Source: an uncultured Planctomycetales bacterium (GTDB lineage: Bacteria; Omnitrophota; Gorgyraeia; Zapsychrales; JANLHA01). Taken from it: a DNA stretch of 64,000 bases. Shown in pieces: positions 48,879 to 58,208 of the stretch; the stretch's first letter is position 1; each line of letters starts with the position of its first letter. The notes beneath the pieces were generated by a model. The model was not told the origin of the DNA. It did no database searches and saw only the letters and a list, made by a program, of their open reading frames with translations. The position numbers and the translations under genes were made by a program. Where the stretch lies: positions 65,262 to 129,261 of the forward strand of contig CAYVEC010000002.1 in assembly GCA_964450385.1 (NCBI GenBank), read 5' to 3'.

Positions 48879-49672
48879 TGCGCCGGCGGCGTCCTTAAAA
48901 ACCGTTCCGTAAAGATATCATCGGTCAGACCCACGTCATAGCGGATGTTGGAAAAATCCATCAGCGTATTCCCGCCGCGGACGAGGTCCGTGGCCCGCGA
49001 TTGGACGACCGTCCAGTGGCCGTCGATCTCCTGGACATCAAGGGCCTCGATCCGGCGGATCACCGCACCTTTCGCGTCATAATATTCCGCCTTAGACGGC
49101 ATGAACGTCGCCTTGTCGATCCAAACAGAATAAGAACTGAACTCCGCCTCGCGTCCGGGCTTCGGCGTATTCTTGACAACATAATGGGTCTCGGTCTCGT
49201 CAACGAGCTCATGGACATCGGCCTCAAGGCTCCGGCCCGAGACATCCTCATAGACAAAATGAGAGCCAACGAAACTCGATCGCTTATCACTCGCGGCCAC
49301 GCGTCGGACAAGATCCAGGGCCGGGAGGAACAGCCAGCGGTCATCATCGCTCGCCCCGGTCTTTTTCCAGACCATATAGACCATCCGAGCCACATCAGCC
49401 GGCTTGCGGAAATACACATAAAATTTCTGTTCCCCACCATCGGTGACATTCTTCCTCAGGATACGGAACTCACGCACGCGGCTCCGTCCCTGGCTGTCCA
49501 CGATCGTCATCGTGACGTCCGTGCTCCCGTCATTCCCCGCGTAATGCGCGACGCGGTTCGCCCGCGCCACGATCTCCTCAACCTCGAGACACCATCCCTG
49601 CCCCGCCCACCAAACCACGATCATCCCGGCGGCAGCAAGGAGCGCTCCCCAGCGACCTGTCCGTTTATCCAT
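48866..49672 (-). CDS. LolA-like outer-membrane lipoprotein-sorting-family protein (DUF1329-like)
   Basis: Signal peptide, ~268 aa, positioned between the RND exporter and the OMP. Confidence 0.45.
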   Translation of the reverse strand: MDKRTGRWGALLAAAGMIVVWWAGQGWCLEVEEIVARANRVAHYAGNDGSTDVTMTIVDSQGRSRVREFRILRKNVTDGGEQKFYVYFRKPADVARMVYMVWKKTGASDDDRWLFLPALDLVRRVAASDKRSSFVGSHFVYEDVSGRSLEADVHELVDETETHYVVKNTPKPGREAEFSSYSVWIDKATFMPSKAEYYDAKGAVIRRIEALDVQEIDGHWTVVQSRATDLVRGGNTLMDFSNIRYDVGLTDDIFTERFLRTPPAQWIR

Positions 49673-52259
49673 TCATTCCCTCCTCCGTTTTGCACCGCGT
49701 TCTCCCTGACAGCCTCCGGCATATTCCAGCAGCCGCAGCAATGATCCCGATCTCTACAAAGACAGTCGGCCGCCATCCAAGCGGCGAATATCCGATCAGG
49801 ACATACGCAACCGCGGCCGCAACAAACCCGGCCGACAGCACGCACGCCCCGCAATGGCATCCCGTGCCGCCGCGGGGGTCTTCAAAAAAGGCCTTCGGCA
49901 CAAGGGTCGCAAGGGCCGGCAGAAGAAACAGCGTCGAGAGACTCGAGACCGCCATGATCATGAACATAAAGAATCCCACCGTCTTATATGGAACGAGCGG
50001 CGCGGCCAGGAGTGGAAGGAATCCGATCGCCACGACCAGGGCATTCCGGATGATCGCGCGGCCCGGGCCCTGAAACATCTCATCCGCTGTTTTTTCCCAA
50101 CTGCCGGTCTCACGATACAGCTCAAGGGCCCGCTGAATAAAATGAATCGCAAAATCAACCGACAACCCAAGCGTCAGCGCCGAGAGCACCGCGACAGGCA
50201 TATCATAGTCTTTTCCGAAAAATCCGAGCAGGCTATAGATAAAGAGGATCGTAACCGTAAGCGGGATCATCGACAGCAAGGCCTTGAGCGGCGAACGGAA
50301 GAGATAAAGCATCATGAACAGGACAATAATGTAGGACCCGATAAAATTATTCAGCATCCCCTTCACCATATTATCCTGCCAGATCACATTAATATACGTC
50401 GAGCCCGCCCACTTATACGTGACCTGATAGGGCGGAGGATTATTGGCGATATAGTCATCAACAAACGCGAGCACCCGGACCATGTCTTTATTGTCCCCGC
50501 TCTTCAGCTGGAACCAGATGTTGGTCTTGCTGTAATCCGGGGTCGTCATGTGCCAAACATCGTCGGGCCGGTGGGAATTTTCGAATGAAATAAGGCACTG
50601 GGCCACGGCCGCCTTTGAATCAGGGATCCGCTCATCACGTGGATTCCCTCCAAGCAGCTCATAATAGACCTTCTTCACCACATCCCCCAGTGAGGTTGTC
50701 TTCCCAACGAGCCCGGTCCCGGCCAAGGCCTGCTGAAACCGTTCCAGGTATCTCAGCATCGCCGGCTCAATAAAAAGTTCTTCCTCAGAATCGCGCGACT
50801 CAAAAACCAGATACGACTCATATGTTCCGGCAAAATGACGGTTCAAGACCCGGTCCGCGACCCGGAGCGGGTGCGCGGTGTTAAACCACCGGACCGGATT
50901 GTCATTCACCTGAACGCGGCTGATCCCATAAAGCGACACCGCGACGACCATCACCGAAACGATAAGGACCGCCTTGGCCCGCCGAAGACAGACCCTCTTC
51001 ATCCAGCCGAGAATGCGATCGATCAGATGTCCGCCCGACTCTTCCGGATGCCCGAAATCCACAAAACGCCGTTCTGGGATGAGCATAATATAGGCCGGAA
51101 TAAACACCATGGTCAGGATCCAGGCGATCGCAATCCCGATCGCGACAAAAACACCAAAGACCTGGACCGGCGGGATATCAGAGAATGACAAGGAGACAAA
51201 CCCCGCGATCGAGGTCAGCGATGTATAGAGCATCGGGGTGAACAGCTCCTCAAAAACGACCCGGATCGTTTTCGGCCGGTCATTAAAGGTCCTGTATTTA
51301 TCAAAAAATTCACTCAAGATATGGACCGAATCAAGGACCGCGATCGGCATGAGGAAAATCGGGATCATCGAGCTCATGATGTGCACAGGATACCCAAAGG
51401 CCATGAGCAACCCCATGGATATCACGACCGTGACCAGGGCCACGAGCATCGGGCCAATGATCAAAACCGCAGATTTAAAAAAGATCCACATGAGCACAAA
51501 GATGACAAGACCGGCCAGAGGGGCCGAGATCGCCATCTGTTTAAACATCTCCACCCCGAACTGATCCTCGGCCACCGGGAGACCTGTGACATAATAGCGC
51601 TCCGCACCCTGTTCTCCGGCGACGATCTTTCGGATCGCCTGAGCCACGGCATAACTGAGGGTCTTTTTCTCGATCGGGACATAAACCGCGACCGCCTGGC
51701 CGTCGCTCGAGACAATGCTGTCGCGGAACATCGGGTGCGCCTCAGCCCGTTCACGCGTCTGCCGGGCCTCCTCGCGCGACTTCGGAGGCGCCGACATCAG
51801 CCATTGGAATTCCACAGTTCCGAGATCCGCCTGACGGACATCATCGCGTGTCGAAAGGGTGATGATCTCCGGGACAATAACGCCCGGGATCTTTTTGATC
51901 TCTTCGGTAATCCGATAGAGCTTCTCTAAAGTCTGGGGATTAAAGACACCGTCCGGGTCCGCGTCATTGACTACACCGAGCACGACAAAATCGTACAGAG
52001 CGAATTCGGCCCGAACCTGCCGATGCGTCACCTTCACGGGTGCCTGGTCAGAAAGCATGTTCTGAGGGTCCGTATCCACCCTGATCCGGGGGAACTGGGC
52101 GATCGAGACCACGACCGCGAACACGGCGAGGGCCATGATGTGCTTCGGATAGCGCATCGCAACATTTAGAACCTTTGTCAACATACCCTTCCTCCCCTTC
52201 GTCTCTTTATGCGAACGGCTTCCGACTCTAGCAGATAAAAGCCGTGTGTATTTTAACAA
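49665..52259 (-). CDS. RND-superfamily exporter (COG1033/MMPL/HpnN-like, 12 TM with two large periplasmic loops); the true start is probably the internal MLTKV at ~52184
   Basis: Two repeated 6-TM halves with SSD-like TM bundles, ~840 aa. Confidence 0.7.
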   Translation of the reverse strand: MLKYTRLLSARVGSRSHKETKGRKGMLTKVLNVAMRYPKHIMALAVFAVVVSIAQFPRIRVDTDPQNMLSDQAPVKVTHRQVRAEFALYDFVVLGVVNDADPDGVFNPQTLEKLYRITEEIKKIPGVIVPEIITLSTRDDVRQADLGTVEFQWLMSAPPKSREEARQTRERAEAHPMFRDSIVSSDGQAVAVYVPIEKKTLSYAVAQAIRKIVAGEQGAERYYVTGLPVAEDQFGVEMFKQMAISAPLAGLVIFVLMWIFFKSAVLIIGPMLVALVTVVISMGLLMAFGYPVHIMSSMIPIFLMPIAVLDSVHILSEFFDKYRTFNDRPKTIRVVFEELFTPMLYTSLTSIAGFVSLSFSDIPPVQVFGVFVAIGIAIAWILTMVFIPAYIMLIPERRFVDFGHPEESGGHLIDRILGWMKRVCLRRAKAVLIVSVMVVAVSLYGISRVQVNDNPVRWFNTAHPLRVADRVLNRHFAGTYESYLVFESRDSEEELFIEPAMLRYLERFQQALAGTGLVGKTTSLGDVVKKVYYELLGGNPRDERIPDSKAAVAQCLISFENSHRPDDVWHMTTPDYSKTNIWFQLKSGDNKDMVRVLAFVDDYIANNPPPYQVTYKWAGSTYINVIWQDNMVKGMLNNFIGSYIIVLFMMLYLFRSPLKALLSMIPLTVTILFIYSLLGFFGKDYDMPVAVLSALTLGLSVDFAIHFIQRALELYRETGSWEKTADEMFQGPGRAIIRNALVVAIGFLPLLAAPLVPYKTVGFFMFMIMAVSSLSTLFLLPALATLVPKAFFEDPRGGTGCHCGACVLSAGFVAAAVAYVLIGYSPLGWRPTVFVEIGIIAAAAGICRRLSGRTRCKTEEGMNG

Positions 52260-52303
52260 ATCCTATAGAGTTGTCGAAGGATAATTTCTCCCTCTCTTGG
52301 AAT

Positions 52304-52334
52304 AAAAATAAAAAAGGCGGCCGGATATCCAGCC
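52304..52334 (-). terminator. Rho-independent terminator (AAGGCGGC-loop-GCCGCCTT followed by T-run on minus strand) downstream of PEP-CTERM gene
   Basis: Inverted repeat plus TTTTTTATTTTTATT read on the minus strand. Confidence 0.55.
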
Positions 52335-52363
52335 GCCTTGAACAAACATGATTTTTTTACCTC

Positions 52364-53209
52364 TTACAAACTCCGTCTCCGCCGAGCGAACGCGCCAAGC
52401 GCCCCAGCCCCAAGGAGCACGAGGCTCATGGGTTCCGGCACTGCCTGCGGGGCCTCGGGATTCTCATCGCGGTCGATAAACCCGCCGCCGACATCCCAGC
52501 GGGCAAGCCACCCGCCAAAGGCCTCACCGTCAGGAACACTCGCGATAACCGCATCAAAACTCACCGTCCCGTCCTCCCGGATCTCGCCTTCACCGTTCAA
52601 GGTGTATTGAAGCATCTTTTCCCTGCATCCCGGATCAACGCAATAATCCGAATATACCGTATAATACCGGGTATTTAAGATACCGGTGGTCGGATTCTCA
52701 TAAAAAGTGTAATACTTTAATTCAAACTGAAGGACAAACTGCAGATGATCATTTGCGGAATCCGTTGTCCCTGCGAAATCATAATCATATGAAAAAGCGG
52801 GAAAGATCATACTGCTCGGAAAATTAAAGAACTGGGCCCGGCCATAAAAATCCACATTACCAAGAGCAGAGGTTGTAGCCCCGTCCGGCGTCTGATAAAC
52901 CGCCTCAAAGGCCGATCCGCCATTACTCAACGCCGTCCCAGTCAGCGAACTATACCCATCCGTCCTGGGCAAGGCATTATTCAGATAGACCGTGCCCTGC
53001 GGCGCCCAAGGGAACGACTCACTATGAGTACTATAATTATAGTAAGAAAGATAGCCAAACCGCCCATCCGTGTACGTCGACTGGCTGGTGCCCGGGGTTA
53101 CGCCCCATGAAAAATTAACAACACCATTCCCCGTCACCATGGCATGCGCGGGCTGAATACCGAGGACTAAAGAAACAATTAAGAAGAGAACCGCTCGTTT
53201 ATTCATCAT
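52364..53209 (-). CDS. PEP-CTERM-anchored secreted protein (exosortase substrate); start chosen at MMNKRAV
   Basis: Signal peptide. C-terminal VPEPMSLVLLGAGALGAFARRRRSL is the PEP motif plus TM plus Arg-rich tail. Confidence 0.8.
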   Translation of the reverse strand: MMNKRAVLFLIVSLVLGIQPAHAMVTGNGVVNFSWGVTPGTSQSTYTDGRFGYLSYYNYSTHSESFPWAPQGTVYLNNALPRTDGYSSLTGTALSNGGSAFEAVYQTPDGATTSALGNVDFYGRAQFFNFPSSMIFPAFSYDYDFAGTTDSANDHLQFVLQFELKYYTFYENPTTGILNTRYYTVYSDYCVDPGCREKMLQYTLNGEGEIREDGTVSFDAVIASVPDGEAFGGWLARWDVGGGFIDRDENPEAPQAVPEPMSLVLLGAGALGAFARRRRSL

Positions 53210-53263
53210 GAAGCCCTCAAGAGCATTTTTGATTTTTATATATAATATATACTTGAGGGCTAA

Positions 53264-53323
53264 AATATAGCATATGGCAGGAACGAATGTCAATGGGACA
53301 ACCCCTCCCCAACCCAGACAGAA
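53264..53323 (-). promoter_or_regulatory. Sigma70-like promoter (TTGACA-18-TATATT on minus strand) overlapped by a conserved 36-nt dyad motif shared with the other PEP-CTERM gene
   Basis: Motif tgtcaatgggacaacccctccccaacccagacagaa (plus strand 53288..53323). It is 30/36 identical to 62065..62100. Confidence 0.45.
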
Positions 53324-53407
53324 GAAAGATGCATAACTAATGATTTTTGAAGCGATTTTAAACGAATATGAATGATAGTCCGGTCAACAAACCGTTACAG
53401 GGGGGGC

Positions 53408-54751
53408 CTAGGCAGCCCGGCTTAAAGGGTCCGGGCCGCTTTCCCCTAATATGGCAGAACCAGGAATGCCCTTAATGAACTCCTGCCTCAGGCTATAGGT
53501 GTAGGCGCCCTGGACCGGGACAAGGAGAATGTCTCCTTCCCGGATGCCTGTACCAAAATAGGAATATCCCCAAAGGTCATGAGGCGTACAGAGCGACCCA
53601 AAGACCGTGCATTCCCGCTCATCAAGCCCGGGCTGGCTCAGATTGATCACAGGAAAATAATCCGCCTCATAGCGTTCCCAGCCGACCATATTGATCCCGC
53701 CGTCCACGATCACGACATCATCCGCTTTTTTATCCATGACCTTGAGCAGAATATGCATGGCCTCATGGCTGATCCAGCGGCCCGGTTCGAGATGGACCGC
53801 GCAGTCGACATAGGGAAAAACATATCGGCGAAGCGCCGTGTCCAACTCCTTCACAAAATCCGTGATCGGCGCTGCGCGATGCCATCGATGATCCAGGCCT
53901 TCCGTAAGCCGCGGGTCCGCGATCTTTTTCACCTGCCCCTCGGGCGTGGCCGAGGGCTGGATCCACTCGCCATCCGGAGGCCAATAGCCGCCGCCGATAT
54001 CCAAGAACGTGATCCTCGATCGCAGGGGCGCAGCGAGGTCCGCCAGAAGCCCGCCGAGGCGTTCCAAAAAGGCCGTCTGTTTCCTTGCGTCGAGATTCCA
54101 GCTCGCGTGGAATTGAAACCCGCAGAGATCCAATGCATCACACGCTGCGGCCGCTTCAACAAATCGCGGCACCTCGCGTAACGGAATCCCAAATTTGCGC
54201 CAGAGACCCTCTTCTTCGATCATCAGACGGACCCCGGCACGGATCCTTCGCCCCTTCGACCCGCCGAAGACCTGCGGCGCGACGCGCTCGAGCCGCGCGA
54301 GCTCACCAAAACTATCAAGCAACAGGATCACGCGATCGGCATGACGGCAGGCAAGGAGGAGTTCCTCATCGGTCTTGCCCGGCCCGCTAAAAATGATCTC
54401 CCGCGCCTCAGATCCGAGGGCCAGACCAAGCTCACGGCCGCTCGACACATCAAGGCCATACCCCTGACGGACCACGCTCGTAATCACCGCCGGGTGATCA
54501 TTACTTTTCATCGCATAAAAACAGGTCACCTGCGGCAGGACGGCCAAAAAGGCATCGCGGAATTCAATCGCCCTCCGCGTCAGCGCCGGCACATCAACCA
54601 GATAGACCGGGGTGCAGTCAGCGGCCTCGATATAGCGTTCCTTCGCTTCAATAAAACGCCGCACAAAGGCCCGCAAGACCGCCTCGTCCAGAAGCGGGGT
54701 CTCGGCACGTAAGATCCCCTCGATATTATTGAAGTAATTTTGCGGGTTCAT
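53408..54751 (-). CDS. PLP-dependent decarboxylase, Orn/DAP/Arg decarboxylase family 2 (exosortase-system-associated type); start chosen at MNPQNY
   Basis: FYAMKSN (PLP-Lys) ... barrel and C-terminal beta domain motifs. Sits in a PEP-CTERM locus. Confidence 0.7.
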   Translation of the reverse strand: MNPQNYFNNIEGILRAETPLLDEAVLRAFVRRFIEAKERYIEAADCTPVYLVDVPALTRRAIEFRDAFLAVLPQVTCFYAMKSNDHPAVITSVVRQGYGLDVSSGRELGLALGSEAREIIFSGPGKTDEELLLACRHADRVILLLDSFGELARLERVAPQVFGGSKGRRIRAGVRLMIEEEGLWRKFGIPLREVPRFVEAAAACDALDLCGFQFHASWNLDARKQTAFLERLGGLLADLAAPLRSRITFLDIGGGYWPPDGEWIQPSATPEGQVKKIADPRLTEGLDHRWHRAAPITDFVKELDTALRRYVFPYVDCAVHLEPGRWISHEAMHILLKVMDKKADDVVIVDGGINMVGWERYEADYFPVINLSQPGLDERECTVFGSLCTPHDLWGYSYFGTGIREGDILLVPVQGAYTYSLRQEFIKGIPGSAILGESGPDPLSRAA

Positions 54752-56039
54752 TCTTGAACTCAATGGCCACCTGCACCTTCTGCATGATCTCACAACACTG
54801 GCCTTCAAGGACCCGATCGGACAATGGAGAAAAGATGACATACCCCAAGACGCGCGAATCATAATCCTTAGGCGGCAGCTGGATTCTCTCACCCGGCAGG
54901 CGGTACGGCTGCCACGATCGAACCCGGTCATCGGCCAAGGCCTCGGACGCATCGATCGACCTTAAGATCCCCTCCTGCTGGGCAAAGATCCGCATGCCGA
55001 CAAGCCGCTGCCACCGCCGAGGATCGACGGGGACAACCGTCCGGCCTTCCGCGAAGTCAAAGCTCGCGGCAAAGACATCAAACCCGGAACTGGCTTGAAT
55101 CAACGGAGGCAGGCAATCGCCTCCAAGGCGGGGCGTCATCTCAAAAAATACGATTCCTTCTCCGACAAACTTAAAATCCGCCATCATGATGCACCGGGTC
55201 AATCCAAGGCTGAGCGCCGCCTGACAGACATGACCTTCAATCCGCTCCAGAGTCCACCCCTCGGGCAGGACCGCCGGTACCTCATACGCCATGATCGTAC
55301 CAAAGACCTCGCCGCGCTTCGCGATCTTTTTCGATACCCTGAGCGCCCGGACCCGTCCGCCCTCAAGCATAAAATCACCGCTGTACTCATCGCCCACGAT
55401 ATATTCCTCAAGGACCACGGCCTGACGGGGATCCTCATCATCAGCCATATCGATCCCGCCGTACATCCTCTCGTTGGGGTGCGCGGCGAGGGTCTTGCGG
55501 ATGAGCTGGAACGAGCGCCGGCAGTCATCGGCGCTCGCGCACAAAAAGACAAGTTCTCCGCCGCTGCCGCTTAGCGGCTTCATCACGGCGAGCCCGCCCG
55601 CAAGGTCCTCAAAAAAACCCACCGCCTCAGCCTCGGTCGCGGCAAGAGCCGCCCGAGGGCACCCGACACCGGCAGCCATCCAGACTCGTTTTGAAAGATG
55701 TTTCGACCGGCAGCGGACCACGGCCTCGTGTGATGAAAAATCCAGACCAAAGGCCTCGGCCACGGCCGCGCCGAGCCAGAGGGATTCGCAGTCATAACAG
55801 ACAACGCCCGACAGGGTCCATCCGTAACGGCCGAGATGCGCCCGAACGGCCTCGACGACCGGCCCCGCCTCAAGCAGGCCCACGAGCACCTCAGCGTCCG
55901 GCGGCGGCACGAGCTGCGGCCAACGGCCGCGTTCTCCGGGATCCGTCACAAAAAGGGCGCGGCCAGGGAACCGCCGCGCCAGCATGTCGATGTAGTCCGC
56001 CGTTGTCCCAACCACCAGAACTCGCGCATTGGCAGTCAT
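54726..56039 (-). CDS. ATP-grasp domain enzyme (carboxylate-amine ligase-like)
   Basis: ATP-grasp fold pattern (VMKPLSGSGG..., ...EEYIVGDEYS..). Confidence 0.55.
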   Translation of the reverse strand: MTANARVLVVGTTADYIDMLARRFPGRALFVTDPGERGRWPQLVPPPDAEVLVGLLEAGPVVEAVRAHLGRYGWTLSGVVCYDCESLWLGAAVAEAFGLDFSSHEAVVRCRSKHLSKRVWMAAGVGCPRAALAATEAEAVGFFEDLAGGLAVMKPLSGSGGELVFLCASADDCRRSFQLIRKTLAAHPNERMYGGIDMADDEDPRQAVVLEEYIVGDEYSGDFMLEGGRVRALRVSKKIAKRGEVFGTIMAYEVPAVLPEGWTLERIEGHVCQAALSLGLTRCIMMADFKFVGEGIVFFEMTPRLGGDCLPPLIQASSGFDVFAASFDFAEGRTVVPVDPRRWQRLVGMRIFAQQEGILRSIDASEALADDRVRSWQPYRLPGERIQLPPKDYDSRVLGYVIFSPLSDRVLEGQCCEIMQKVQVAIEFKNEPAKLLQ

Positions 56040-56046
56040 GGGAGCC

Positions 56047-56967
56047 TCAACTGATATTGCTTAACAGGTCCAGGGGACGAGGAGAGAGATGGAAGATCTT
56101 TTTCCAGGAAAAATCCCCGCTCAAGAAGTCTGCCTCTTTGTATTTCTCTTCGCAGGCCTTCTTGATATGATGCAGATTGATCACCTTGGCCACGCCAGGA
56201 TAATTCGCGTCGGTCCCGCCGGCCAACAGGGTATAGACGCCTTTATAAAGACAGCCGACATCCACGGCCGCAGGCTTTCCATCAATAATGACGGTCGTGA
56301 TCCTCAGCCACCGTTTCTTCCGAAGGAACTCGGCAAGCTGGCGGAAACTGGCGCTGAACCGTTCATCCTTAAAATACGAATCCTCCCCAAAACGCTCGAT
56401 GCTCATGCGCACCATGACATCAAAGTCTGAGAACTCGTCAAGACGAATCGTAAGATCGCGCAGATAATACTTATCGACCTCGCGGCTGATCGCCTTGCGG
56501 GACTTCCGGGAAAAAAGGGCATAATAATTATCGATATTATAGCTCATCAGTTCCGAATAAAAGATATACCCGATCTCATCGGTCGTCGAGAGCTTCGCCG
56601 GAAGGTGCGAATTCGGAAGGAGATACCGCAGATGAAATGGGATTTTTTTGCGCTTCAACCAGTTGAGCATCTGATTAAAGACCGCCTGGTCGCGGGCCAC
56701 GACCCGGTTCTGCTCCAGCCAGGTCTTCCCCTGCCAGACTTCGCCGGGAAAATATCCGTAACAGTTACTCTCAGGGATCCAGCTGAGCGGAATCAGGCCG
56801 AGCGGCTGACCATCCTCCTGGGCAAAGATAAACAGCGGGGTGCGTTGAAAATGATCATGAAAACATTCGCGGACTTCCCAGAGATCCATGAGACGATCCT
56901 CGGGGATCATCCGCTTCCACAATTGTCGACAGGTGTCAAGGTCAGAAGTGCTGTAAACTTTTATCAT
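56047..56967 (-). CDS. FemAB-like/GNAT-fold acyltransferase (PEP-CTERM-system-associated FemAB-related family)
   Basis: ~300 aa BioF2/FemAB-like acetyltransferase pattern. Neighbours are PEP-CTERM genes. Confidence 0.5.
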   Translation of the reverse strand: MIKVYSTSDLDTCRQLWKRMIPEDRLMDLWEVRECFHDHFQRTPLFIFAQEDGQPLGLIPLSWIPESNCYGYFPGEVWQGKTWLEQNRVVARDQAVFNQMLNWLKRKKIPFHLRYLLPNSHLPAKLSTTDEIGYIFYSELMSYNIDNYYALFSRKSRKAISREVDKYYLRDLTIRLDEFSDFDVMVRMSIERFGEDSYFKDERFSASFRQLAEFLRKKRWLRITTVIIDGKPAAVDVGCLYKGVYTLLAGGTDANYPGVAKVINLHHIKKACEEKYKEADFLSGDFSWKKIFHLSPRPLDLLSNIS

Positions 56968-57187
56968 AGTGATACTGATCTTCTCCGCACATCCCTGATG
57001 CGCGCCTCCCCTAACAAGGTTAACTGTGCCAACCCATTCTTGTCTTAATCATATAATCTTTAAAATAAAAAAACATATTTTTTTGGTTTTTTTTACCCGG
57101 GAGGTGCGCTGTGAAAATTGCTCTTTTAGAGCCCATTTTAGCGACGGGAGCATGCTATTTATCGACGAGGCATGCGGTCAAAAAAGA

Positions 57188-57220
57188 GGGGCCAGGCAGA
57201 ACGGCCTCTGCCTGGCCCAT
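57188..57220 (-). terminator. Rho-independent terminator (perfect 12-bp stem GGGCCAGGCAGA/TCTGCCTGGCCC, T-run on minus strand) after the YqaE-like gene
   Basis: Inverted repeat followed by CTCTTTTTT on the minus strand. Confidence 0.55.
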
Positions 57221-57258
57221 AACATAACAACACAATCCAACGATTTTTCCCGTCGACA

Positions 57259-57426
57259 CTATGCCTTTTTGTCCGTCAGGACCAGCCATAGCGCATGGAT
57301 AACACCCGGGATACCGCCTAAAATGGTTAAAACAATATTGATCCACAAATGATTTGTCACGCCAACCTGAAGATACGCGGCAACTGGTGGAAGAAAAATC
57401 GATAAAATGATTTTCACAATTTTCAT
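57259..57426 (-). CDS. YqaE/Pmp3-family proteolipid (UPF0057)
   Basis: MKIVKIILSIFLPPVAAYLQVG....ILTILGGIPGVIHALWLV is the two-TM Pmp3 signature. Confidence 0.7.
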   Translation of the reverse strand: MKIVKIILSIFLPPVAAYLQVGVTNHLWINIVLTILGGIPGVIHALWLVLTDKKA

Positions 57427-57599
57427 ATGCTCTCCCTTAATACACATATTGTTTTCCCCCTCAATACTGCTGTTGAATAGTCCTACTTCTTTTCCTTTTT
57501 CGGCTTCTTCTTTTCCTTCTTTCGCGGACTCTTGTCTCCCATCTTCCTCCACCCTCCTTTCCCTAAGGTTTTCTTCCCGTGCTTCTTAAAAACATCCGC

Positions 57600-58034
57600 C
57601 TATTCATCCCAGGCAATGGATTCCGGCGCGATCTCAAGCGGGGCTCCGGTATCAGCCGACCCGGCATTGCCGGCGCTGCCGGCGCCCGGCGCTCCGCCCT
57701 CAGGGCCAGCGCCCTTACGCGCCAAAAAATGGACATTATTTGCCGAGATCCGCACCCGGCTCTGGGTCTTGCCGTCCTTTTCCCAGCGGTCCTGACGGAG
57801 CCGGCCCTCAACAATGATCCCACTCCCCTTCGTCAGATATTTCGCGCAATTCTCCCCAACCACGCCCCAGACCTCGACATCAAAATACGAGACCTCGGTC
57901 GCCTTTTCACCGTTTTTCGAAAACACACGATTGTTCGCGATCGACAGATTGCAGACCGCCTTACCCGACGTTGTGTACCGCATCTCCGGGTCCCGCGTCA
58001 GGTTCCCCATGATGTTCACCGAATTGAGACTCAT
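57600..58034 (-). CDS. ssb: Single-stranded DNA-binding protein (OB-fold) with Gly/Ala-rich linker and a non-canonical acidic tail (...ESIAWDE)
   Basis: MSLNSVNIMGNLTRDPEMRYTTSGKAVCNLSIANN ... W..VV.W matches the SSB OB-fold. Confidence 0.75.
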   Translation of the reverse strand: MSLNSVNIMGNLTRDPEMRYTTSGKAVCNLSIANNRVFSKNGEKATEVSYFDVEVWGVVGENCAKYLTKGSGIIVEGRLRQDRWEKDGKTQSRVRISANNVHFLARKGAGPEGGAPGAGSAGNAGSADTGAPLEIAPESIAWDE

Positions 58035-58208
58035 TCCCCTGCCCTCTCTTTCCTCATCCATTGATCTATCAGCCGTTTCTCCGCGCCTCGGCCGCTCGTG
58101 GCGATTGCTATTTTACGCCTCCGGCCCACCCGCGACAAGAAGATTTTTGAATAGAAAAACCCAAAGCCTTCTGCTGAGCCTTCCCGCGCGTCACGGCAAG
58201 GCAGAACA

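Noticed and set aside
53288-53323. Sigma54 (-24 GG / -12 GC) promoter upstream of PEP-CTERM genes, as is common for PrsR-regulated exosortase substrates
   Set aside because: I could not find TGGCAC-N5-TTGC-like spacing in either upstream region. The conserved TTGACA with a 17-18 nt spacer to a TAT-rich hexamer fits sigma70 better.
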